Positions 14,501-26,500 of a stretch of DNA of 64,000 bases are shown here, piece after piece. The notes beneath the pieces are model-generated. The model was not told where the DNA came from. It worked only from the letters and a program-made list of their open reading frames with translations, and made no database searches. The number at the start of each line of letters is the position of its first letter. Position 1 is the stretch's first letter. The stretch is from NCBI RefSeq assembly GCF_020745735.1, contig NC_083408.1:81126484-81190483 (forward strand). The letters are read 5' to 3'. The stretch comes from Hemiscyllium ocellatum (Eukaryota). A program made the position numbers and the translations under genes.

Positions 14501-17500
14501 TCACAACGTCTAGATTCAGCCTCCTTAATTTCAAATGCAATGAACTAACTCAACTAATAAGCTGTGACGGTTTCTCTTTGTTGCATATCTCCCAGCGTAG
14601 GTTCTGATGTCTTACACCAGCATAGGAAGATGAGAATATTGTAATAGCTAATACAACCTGATACCATGAGGAAAGATATTAAACATTCATATAAGATGAA
14701 AACTAAAATGGGTAGGCTTCCCAGATACTGGTTGAATCCAACTCTTATGCAATCACAGAAGTGTTTTCAAAAGCAATAAATAAAGCAAACTGGTGGATAA
14801 GAATGGAATGTAATGACATGCTAATTTGGTTCATTTTATCACCAGGTGTTCCTGTGCACCAGATTGTTATTTTCCTTGTGAGTTTGGAAAATCATATGCA
14901 AAATAAATGGGTTTATTTAATGAAATGCATTTTAAGTAAAACCTTGTTTATGTACCGTAGTCTTGCAATGACAGATCGCAGTGCACCTTGTCTGTTTGGA
15001 ACATCGCGAAACAAAGCTGAACTATTTTGTGAACGCTACACTATTATGCAACAGGTAAAGGAGAGACAAAAATAAATCTTGACCATGTTTCAAGTGGAAA
15101 TCTTTTATTTCATTACTAGCCTTTTTTTGTAATTTTGGGTTGAACATAATTTGAAAACAAATAATTTCAATTTGTACGGTCCTAGTACTTTTTGGAAGGT
15201 TATGCTTGTGCATAAAAGGATAGAGAACTACAAATAATCTTTATGTATGTTTCAGGTTCAGTATGGCAAATTATTCTTTATCTCATTTAAAAAAATAGGG
15301 CCTGACTTGTCTGGAATTGGCGAGAAGGAGATATAATTGGGCATGTGGCCTGGACAGAAATTCAACCCTGTCTTGCTCCTTCTGTAGTTAGGTGCTGGGC
15401 AGTAAGGTCCATTGGCGATTTTCTCAATGCACAGGCAATTAAGGCCCTTAAGTGGTCAATTAATAGCCACTTAAGGGTCTCAACAGGAGAGACCTTTACC
15501 TAATTATCTGCCACCTTCACAAGTAAGAAAGGTGGCTTGTTTCCTGTTTGGGAAGCCATGACATTCTGATTGCCAAGTTAAGTGATGGAGGATCACCAAT
15601 TGCCTCCGACTGGTAGCAGTTGGAGGTAGAGATGGTATCAGTGAGTGGCCTGTAAAACCCCATTCCATGAAAAGAGTAAAAATCTATCTTGCCTTCTGGC
15701 TGCTGGATCTCCTAAGGAGTAGGCCTTGATTGCCAGACTTTAGAATCCAGAATTGGCAACTGATGATTCAGGTAATCAGTGGTGAGGTCTTGATTGCCAT
15801 AAATTAACTAAGGAACCAATCAGGTAAAAACAATGACTGCAGATGCTGGAAACCAGATTCTGGATCAATGGTGCTGGAAGAGCACAGCAGTTCAGGCAGC
15901 ATCCAAAGAGCAGCGAAATTGACGTTTCGGGCAAAAGCTACTTTCTTCCCCCACCCTCCCTAGCTTATCTCTCCACGCTTCAGGCTCACTGTCTTTATTC
16001 CTGATGAAGGGCTTTTGCCCGAAACGTCGATTTCACTGCTCGTTGGATGCTGCCTGAACTGCCGTGCTCTTCCAGCACCACTAATCCAGAATAAGGAACC
16101 AATCACTTGAGTTAACTCACCCATGTGAATGGTGTGTTGGTTGCCATCTGACTTTCTTGGCCCCCACACTTTGAAAATTTATGGGAAACATTTGACCATA
16201 GAACATATTTCAGTTAAATGTAAAATCATAATTGCAGAGTGGATTCAACTTTCTTCAGTTTTATAAAGATTTTATTGATTATGGATAACTGGAAAAATGT
16301 GACTTATTATTGTGGGGGCCACGTTTTACAGAATGACGCTATTCTTTGCAGCAATGTATTTTGGCCTTAAGGGTATTTGTTTTAAATCTGTTTTGTGTAT
16401 ATATAAACAAAGTTACTTTGACAAAGCAAGTTTTAAATATTTTAGCATTCTCATACAAATTCTGAATAGCTATACAACAACAGCATCATTTAATAAGTTT
16501 GATATCTCAAAGGAATGGTTAGATTCACTATGTAGAATCATATAACCCAGAGAAAGCAAAGTGGCTCATTTTGCCTATACTAATTCTTGGGGAGAGACTT
16601 GAGAAGAGTTACCGATTTCCATTTAACATAAGTTGTGTTTATGGAGGTGGTATCCAAGTTCAGAACTTTTTTCAATTTATGTGTATCTGCAGAATTGATA
16701 AATAAATTGTCTCATACATTAATACTTTATTTTACAGCGAACTCATAGACATGAATTATTTACACCTCCTGTGACAGGATCACATCCTGATGAGAACAGA
16801 AATAAATTTCAAGTAAGGTACCAATGTTTGTCAACAGTTGTCTTTCAAATACAATTGTCTTTGTCAGTTGGACCATGTTACCTCCCATGGAAAAAAGGCA
16901 AACAAATTTTATGTTTCTTAAAAATGTTTCTGTTTGTCTATAATTTTTCTCAATCTATTTAGCCATTTTTTTTGCACATTTCTGGCATAAACAGGGTGGG
17001 AGCAACATGAAAATGGCATTGGAACATTTAACACCCCATCTTCAGTTAACCACCATCTTGGGTAGGATCCTGAGATAGGAACCAGGGAGCTTATCTTTTT
17101 CAGTTGGGAGGCCATATATAACAATATTCAGTTTAGGATTGTATGCCATAAAGAATTCACTTAACAAAGAATGCTGGTAATTTTTAAAACATGTTGACTC
17201 TCACATGATTACCATGAACCAATGATCTTGCATTAGGTGGACTGACAGAACAAGTATTTTCATATTGATCCTTTCCAGCATCTGTGGAGAAAACAGATAT
17301 AGTAATTTGAAAATGATGACATTATTCTGCAATTTCTGCTTCCTCAATTGATAAATTTGGGCAAGGCAGTATTGAGGTGCCATTTTGCAGTAAATCAACT
17401 ACTGGGAGAGATGGTCTTCAAGTAATTCCACAATACAGAGTAAGGAAGAAGATGTATTATATCTGTATTGTTGAGTTTTCATACTTTCTTTATTGTTTTA

Positions 17501-20500
17501 GCTAAAAACTATAGAAATGCTCCTTGGCAGCACATCAAAGGTTGGAGAAGTCATTGTGCTGGGGATGATAACACAACTTAAAGAGGTAAGCTTAGTAATC
17601 AAGAGTTTGTTACCTCAACTCTGGCTCCAGGTTACACTGAAATACAGCAGTTTTTCTCTGCCAGTATTCTGAGAGCAATAAAATGAACAAGGGTAGGGTA
17701 GGTATGAGTGGTAAATTAATTGTGCGCTTGAAAAACAGACCATCGCATTGCTTGTATAGTGAAATCTGGTATGGATATTTCTGAATTTTACCCACATTTT
17801 CAATTTTGAATTGATGCAGTGGAACTTGGATATTTTATATGAAATAGCAATGAAATTGCTTAGTAAAATACTTAGTAAATAATGTGAGATTGAACTGTAC
17901 AAGGTAATGGGCTCCCAGGTATTTGGCATGTATTAAGTTAACTTTCAAACTTTGCTGGTGGAAACCATGCTATTTTCCTCAGCATCTCAAGTTGAGTGGG
18001 AATCCTGCAGATTAATTAATTAATTAACCAACCTCTGCTGGAATTTAGTTAAATATCACACAACACCAGGTTGTATCCAACCGGTTTATTCGGAAGCACT
18101 AGCTTTCAGAGCACTGCTCCTTCATTAGGTGATTGTTGTTGTCACAATCACCTGATGAAGGAGCAATCTCCGAAAGCTAATGCTTCCAATTAAACCTGTT
18201 GGACTATAACCTGGTGTTGTGATTTTTCACTTTGTACACCCCAGTCCAACACCGGTGTCTCCAAATCACATCTGCTGGAATTGTGCATAATATGTGAGAA
18301 GTGGTTTAAGTTCACTCTTGAGTCTCAGGTAAACATTCACTTCATGGGTACAAAAGGTCTGATGCATTAGTGGTGGGATTGATACCTTCTAATATTGTAT
18401 CCCCACCGTGGGGTGGGAAAGAAGGATTTGTGATGCTGTTGCCCCTTTAACAAGGCTATGTTGTCCTTGTTTTTTTTTCAAGAGGCATCATAAAGGCGGA
18501 GGTGCTGATTTGTCTGGGAATGGTTACTTTGGACAATGACAGGGGAGTGGCTAGTTCTCCCAATTGAGTTTTTTTTTCTAGTTTTTGTTTTAGCAAGCAG
18601 TGAAAAATGACTGGTGTGGACCTAGAGAAGTAGCTACAGTGAAAAGAGGTTCCATGCTTCAATAGAGGTCTTGTCTGAACTTTTTCTCTGACATCTCTCC
18701 TGTCTTTAAAAACCTGTGTTGGAATGTACCTTTTGCCAAGAGGAGTGTTTAGGGGATGTTGCAGGAATTGGAATAGCTTTGTTAAGTTGCGATAGAGCTG
18801 GTTGGGTTATCAAATAAGTTATTTTAAATCCTGTTTTCTTTTATTTGTGTTTCATCCGTAGTGTTAAAATTCTGTTTTGTTTAAAACTGAATGGTTTGAC
18901 AGGCTGCATCAGTCCTGGAATATCCACTTTACATCTGCTTAAAAGAAATAAGTAAGGGTCTGGGCCACCTTCTTAAAGTATTTTGAGGGGGTCTGGCCTG
19001 GTCCATAACAGATTTAAGAGAAAATTCTAATATTTATCACTGTTGCTTGCCACCTTTTGTCAATGTTTTAAAACAATCAGAATCAAAATAAGATGAATGA
19101 CAAGGTTCTTTTCCCTAGGTTGAGGGAGTTCAAAATTAGAACATAAATCATTACAGTACAGTACAGGTTCTTTGGCTCTCAAAGTTACACTGACCTGTGG
19201 AACTAATCTGAAGTCCATCTATCCTATACTATTCCATTTTCATCCATATGTTTATCCAATGACCATTTAAATGCCCTTAAAGTTGGTAAGCCTACTACTG
19301 TTGCAGACAGTGTGTTCCACGCCCCTACTACTCTGAGTAAAGAAACTACCTCTGACATCTCTCCTATGTTTATCACCCCTCAATTTAAAGCTATGTCCCC
19401 TCATGCTAGCCATCACCATCCGAGGAAAAAGGCTCTGACTGTCCACCCTATCTAACCCTCTAATTATCTTATCTCTCAATTAAGTCACCTCTCAACCTTC
19501 TTCTCTCTGACGTAAACAGCCTCAAGTCTTTCAACCTTTTCTCATAAGACCTTCTCTCCTAACCAGACAATGTTTTAGTAAATCTCCACTGAACCCTTTG
19601 CAAAGCAAAATTATTAGAGGGAAATGTTTTTAAGATGAGAAGAGAAAGATTTAAAAAGGGCACGAGAGGTAACATTTTAACACAGTGGTTTGTTTAGGAA
19701 TAAACTATGAGAAAATGGTGGATGAAGGCTTAAATGGTACTTGGATATGTTCATGAATAGGAACAGTTTGGAGGGATATGGACGTTGCACAGGCAGATGG
19801 GACTAGTTTAGCTTGGCAACATGGTCGGTGTGGACTGGTTGGACTCTATGACTCTGTAAAGGAGTCCAATGCAACCAAAATCTGAAATGGAGCTTTTTTT
19901 CAATGTTGATAATGCTGAATGATCACTTAATTATATTTACCGTTTCAGGGAAAATTCTTTCTTGAAGATCCAACTGGAACTGTTCAACTCAATCTTAGTA
20001 AAGCTATATCCTTTTATGTGTTTCACCTATGCAGTTTAAATCTCATTCAACTGATAAATTTAAAGTAGATGTAAAGATAGCATAAAGGGAGAATGGAAAA
20101 ACAAACAAGAGTGAAGGAATCTATTTTCATAAAATCTTTCTTAAGATTTTTATTAAAAGTTTGAGTAGTAGTTTGTGCAGTAAGACTAAATGGCACCAAC
20201 TGAGGATGAAGTGAAACATATATTGATTTATGGGCAAAGAGAGGGAGGATGATACAAAGTGATGATACTCACTTGAAGTATGAGTGCAGATAAATTGGGC
20301 CAAATGCTTTGCTTCTGCATTGTGACAATTCTGTGATACACAACTTGAAGGAACTAAGAGGAAACATTTAAATGGTGTGAAGCTAGTGGGTTAGTACTCT
20401 TAGAATGGTATTATAAATTTTACCAAGAGTATGTTTCTCTTGAGAATGAAAAGAAAGAAAATATATGTAAAAGACATGAAAAGCTCCATTTTTTTACTGC

Positions 20501-23500
20501 TCCATTTTTCAGATCAACTGCATAAAATGTTTGGCCCCAGAACCAATGGAGAATTGTTCTTCATGATGATTGAAACTCTTTTGCATTAAGCACATCACAA
20601 ACACAATTATGACCTGAAGCAACTTGCTTTTTTATTACATATTCCCTATTTTAAAAGAAATAAATTCAGTTTCTCTTTCAGATGATCAAAGCTTTGTGTT
20701 AAAAAGTCATTTTCCACTGGAGCTTTCCATTAATGTTTATATATTAAAGGCATTTCTGTAATTTATCCTGAATTTCTTTAACCAGAAAGCACCAGTTTCA
20801 TAGTGGCTTATATACAGAATCTTGCTTCGTTCTTGCAGAAGGTAATGAAGAATTTGTGTTATCTCCATAGTGCTTGCAGCAACTTTCATGTGTTTCTGTC
20901 ATCAAAGGTCATTGCTTTATGAGCCTTCTTTGTTTTTCCATCCATAATGATAGTTATTAATAATTTAATAACCTATAGTGTGATGTGCTTTTAGATGTGC
21001 ATTATAAATCACCTTTGTTCTTGAATTTTAATAGTTCTGCTCAAGTGATGGTCAATTTAATTGCTTTTAAAGAGGTAATTTTGAACTTTGCTGTCATTGC
21101 AATAGCGCAGCCTGAACCCCAATCATGACCATTTATCAGAAAGCTATTGCAATAAGCAAAAACATGCACTTATATGGTATATTTTGTACCTTCAGAAAAT
21201 CCCAAAGTACCTTCGACCAAATAAGTACTTCTAAAAGGTAGTCCCTGTTGAGTGGAAAAATGACAGACAACTTGTGCACAGCAAGGTTCCTCAGATAGTA
21301 ACTGGTGACCAAATAATCCGTTTTTTAGATTGACGGAAGAATGTTGGCCAGACAAGACAGAATCTGATTATTCAGTTTGATGTATTGTTAATAAAACCTT
21401 CTTTTGTAAATTTATGATCAATATAAACTCTGTAAATGGCAGTTATTATAAAAATTCTTTTACAGGATGGTACGAAGATGGAGTTTTTCATGTCAATGGG
21501 TTTGGTTTTCCACCCACTGAACCTTCCAGCATTACAAGGTAATTTTCACCATGTTGTTTTCTGATAAGAATCTGTTTCAAGGAAGTTTGCTGGCATTTGA
21601 TATGAGAAGTGGCAGATGGAGTTTAATACAGATAAATGTGAAGTGCTGCATTTTGAGGAAACAAATCTTAAGCCTAACCAATGTCCTGTACAGCCGCAAC
21701 ATGACCTCCCAACTCCTGTACTCAATAGTCTGACCAATAAAAGAAAGCATACCAAAAGCCTTCAGCACTATCCTATCTATCTGCGATTCCACTTTCAAGG
21801 AGCAACGAACCTGCACTCCAAGGTCTCTTTGTTCAGCAAAACTCCCTAGGACCTTACCATTAAGTATATAAGTCCTGCTAAGATTTGTTTTCCCAAAATG
21901 CAGCACCTCGCATTCATCTATATTAAAATCTATCTGCCACTTCTCAGCCCATTGGCCCATCTGGTCAAGTCTCTGTTGTAATCTGAGGTAACCCTCTTCG
22001 CTATCCACTACACCTCCCAATTTTTGTGTCATCTGCAAACTTACTAACTGTACCTCTTATTCTCGCATCCAAATCATTTATGTAAATGACTAAAAGTAGA
22101 GGACGCAGCATTGATCCTTGTGGCACTCCACTGGTCACAGGTTTCCAATCTGAAAAACAACCCTCCACTACCACCATCTGTCTTCTACCTTTGAGCCAGT
22201 TCTGTATCCAAATGGCTAGTTCTCCCTGTATTCCATGAGATCTAACCTTGTTAGTAAGTGTCCCATGGGGAACCTTGTCGAACGCCTTGCTAAAGTCCAT
22301 ATTGATCACGTCTACTGCTCTGCCCTCATCAATCCTCTTTATAACTTCTTCAAAAAACTCAATCAAGTTTGTGAGACATGATTTCCCACGCACAAAGTCA
22401 TGTTGACTATCCCTAATCAGTCCTTACCTTTCCAAATACACATACATCCTGTTCCTCAGGATTCCCTCCAACAACTTGCCCACCACCGAGGTCAGGCTCA
22501 CCGGTCTATAGTTCCCTGGCTTGTCCTTACCATCCTTAAACAGTCGCACCTCACATGAGACTATCGATGATACAAATATCTCAACAAGAGGCCCAGTATT
22601 CAGTTCTCTGGCTTCCCACAGGGTTCTCGGATACACCTGATCAGATCCTGGGGATTTATCTACCTTTACCCATTTCAAGATATCCAGCACTTCCTCCTCT
22701 GTAATATGGACATTTTGCAAGATGTCACCATCTATTTCCCTACAGTCTATATCGTCTTCTGGAATATTGCGTGCAACTTTGGTCTCCTTTCTATTGGAAG
22801 GATATTGTGAAGCTTGAAAGCGTTCAGAAAAATCTAACAAGGATGTTGCCAGGGTTGGAGGATTTGAATTATAGGGAGAGGTTGAATAGGCTGGGGCTGT
22901 TTTCCCTGGAGCGTCAGAGGCTGGGGAGTGTGCTTATAGAGGTTCATAAAATTATGAGGGGCATGGATAGAATAAATAGACAAAGTCTTTTCCCTGGGGT
23001 GGGGTAGTCCAGCATTGGAGAGCATAGGTTTAGGGTGAGAGGGGAAAGATATAAAAGGAATCTAAGGGGCAACATTTTCACGCAGAGGGTGGTATGTGTA
23101 TGGAATGAGCTGCCAGAGGAAGCGGTGGAGGCTAGTACAATTGCAACATTTAAAAGGTATCTGAATGGGTATACCTTGGAGGGATATGGGCCAGGTGCTG
23201 GCAGGTGGGACTAGATTGGGTCTGTTTCCATGCTGTACATCTGTGACTCTAATTCACTAAACTGCTTTGTGTGAATTGTTTTAAATCTATTAACTACATT
23301 TATAAATAGTGAAAATAAACTGTAGCATTCTTCCTGTTCATAAATTGACATTTGACAGTTTGGAAGAAAACTGCTGACGTAGGATTATGGTCCTTGGTAT
23401 TCAAGGTTACTCAATTGCTTACACTTAAGGACCTTGAAACTTTTCATGCTTTGTCTCATAGATCTTATTATGGCAACATTAACTTTTTTGGCGGTCCCTC

Positions 23501-26500
23501 TGCTACATCAGTGAAATCTTCAACAAAATTAAAGCAATTGGAGGAAGAAAATGAAGATGCCATGTTTGTTTTTGTCTCTGATTTATGGCTGGACCAGGTG
23601 GAAGTACTTGAAAAACTTCATATGATGTTTTCAGGTAATATATTTACTGCATTCATTTAATCACACAGAACATGGAATATTACAGTGCAGTACAGGTTGT
23701 TCAGCCCTCGATGTTGCGCCAACCTGTGAAACATGATTATAGTTTACCACATTACATAGAATTCCACTTGTCATTGGGTGCTGAGCTTATTTAAACTTTT
23801 AAAATTAATCCCAATCCTGCCCTTAACCAATATTCACACAGTTTCTTTCTCCACTTTACTGTTTTCTTGTTTGCAATGTTTTTAGAAACCTGAGTATTGG
23901 TTGCTGGGTGGGTGGGTAGTGGGGGGGGGGGGACATAAGAAGACAGAGTTATAACCTTCCTTGAAACCAGTATGCTTGCTGACATAAAGTCTGCTGGCTT
24001 ATAATGTAATAATTTTGTTTTAATACATATTGATTGGTTATCTCAAATTAAGAAATGGTGACAAAGGAAGTTGAATAGAAGTTTATAATTTACTTCAGTT
24101 GACTGTTCTGGCATACAGTCCATTAAAATGTACAGTTTTGGTATGTATACATTTGCATTAAACATTGCTGTAATCATGGTGTAGACCACATATAGTTACT
24201 CTGTGCTCTGTAGGTTATTCTTCCATGCCGCCCACTTGCTTCATCTTCTGTGGCAATTTTTCCTCTGCTCCCTATGGAAACAACCAAATAAAGTCTCTAA
24301 TAGGTGAGATACAATTTTTATAAGCTTTTAATTGACTTGTTTAGAACTCCAACTTGATTTTTTAATTTGATCTTATTACATTTTCAGAATCTCTGAAAAC
24401 ACTTGCAGATATTATCTGTGAATATCCGAATATCCATAAAAAGTAAGTACTTTAAACCTACAATCAGCCCATTAGTAGAATGTAGTTATTCTTGTTAAAA
24501 TAATGGAGGAAGCAAATCATCAAAGTATTCATTTTCAAAACATTAGTTTCGACAGATTTGATGTTTCATCCTCTAAATTTCACTTTCTTTTTGACTTCTG
24601 TACAATTTGATAGATTTATTTGAGTTATCTTGTTCAAAGTTTCATCACCTGACTACAGACCTACCAATTTATGTCCTTGTGTCAAACATTAATCACTGTG
24701 CACAAGGATGAGTACCTTAAATTCAGGAGCCAACCAAAAGGTCTGTGAGCACTGAGGTGAGATGGGAATAAGCTTTTGTGTCGTTTATGATATGAGGGGT
24801 GTGGTTTTAGATAGGCTGAAATTTATGAAGGTTGTAGGATGGCAGTTCTCCAGTTTAGATAATATTAGATAATATTTTGAAATATTAAAAGTCTGGAAGT
24901 ACAAAAGAAATGGATGAGAATTTTGTGAATAAATGTTATTCTGAAAGGCAATGATGTGTGAAGATATAGGGCTGGAAGTTGTTAGGCTTTCCATAAGGGA
25001 TTTAGCAATGGCAACTTTGGACTTCGAAAACTCATAGTTGGTAGATTCCAGCTAAATGACTTTCAAACAAAGTACATCCCAGCATCATTTTATATCACGG
25101 AAAAATTAGAATAAAGATCCTTCTTTACTGTTCAGTGTAAAACATTTCATTTAATACAATGTAGAATATTTTTGCATTGAGTGACTTTTTTTACAAAAAG
25201 TCATCCTTCAAAAAATTCCGAAGATACACTCAGTTCTGCTATAATATGGGTAGTTCTGTTCTCATGCAATCCCATGTTATAAGATAATTGCATAATAGCA
25301 GCACCATTTAAAGTAATAAGGCTGGAATAGTGTTATGACCAATACATGCTTTAAAACTTTGCACTTTAGAAACAGCGTCCTTAATTTATCAACTGTGTTA
25401 TAGTGAATTCTCGCTAATGAAACATGCATTATAGCAGAACAACCTGTATGTTTTTTCACTACATTATGCTTGACTATAGAATCTAAATATGTTCTTTTTT
25501 GTTTTACAGTAGCCGCTTTGTTTTTGTTCCTGGCCCTGACGATCCTGGTCCTGGTTCTATCTTACCCAGGTAATCATTAGTTCTTGGTGTATTCCTTCTG
25601 TTTTTAAAATTAATGGTGTCCAGTTCCATTGGACTTGGTTTCCCAACAGTACAATTCCTACTATTTCCCATTCATCAGCTTTGATTGATGATGGGACTAA
25701 ATGAAATAATTCCATTATTATTGGTTTTTGACCTCCTAGTCATTTTAGTCAGCTCTAACCCTAGGAGTCTAATATCAAATGATATGCTACCATCAGTTCT
25801 TGGTAGTATTTGACTTTTTGCTCCATGTACCTTTTAGTATCCAGGGTCATGTAAGGTATTCTAGCAATTTACGTTCTTGAAATATTCCCAACACAAATTT
25901 TTAAGTGTGGTTTTCTATCAAAACACTAAGATTCTTCTGAATACACAAAGAAGCAAAATCACCGTTGTTAGATTACGTAAAATTGGTTTTACAGAGAACC
26001 AATTGCAGAAACTTTTTATCGTTTATTTTTATTTGTTTAAAGACCTCCGCTTGCTGACTATATCACAGAAGAGTTTAGCAAGAGGATTCCATTTTCTGTA
26101 TTTACTACAAATCCCTGCAGGTAAATGTTCAATACAATTGATCATTTCACAGTTCACTGGCCACATTATTGAGAGCACATTCTAGTTTTCTTCAAACAGA
26201 TAAACATTATTTTTCTGTGCTTATTATGGTTAGGATTCAATATTGTACACAGGAAATCATCATTTTTCGTGAAGATTTGGTCAATAAGATGTGCAGAAAT
26301 TGTATTCGTTTTCCTAGCAGCAATTTGGATATTCCAAACCACGTGAGTAACTGTTAATTAGTTTTCGAATTTTTATACACGATACATGTTTTTATGTTCT
26401 GGTTCAATGTTACCAGCCATTACTGTTGGATGACATTGTAATTCTGCCATGATTCAGAGTGTCACTTTCCTTGTCTTATTTCTTACCAGAGTATGCTGGC

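Noticed and set aside
15443-15479. Palindrome GGCCCTTAAGTGG..CCACTTAAGGGTC
   Set aside because: Probably the centre of an old repeat; no boundaries or function supportable.
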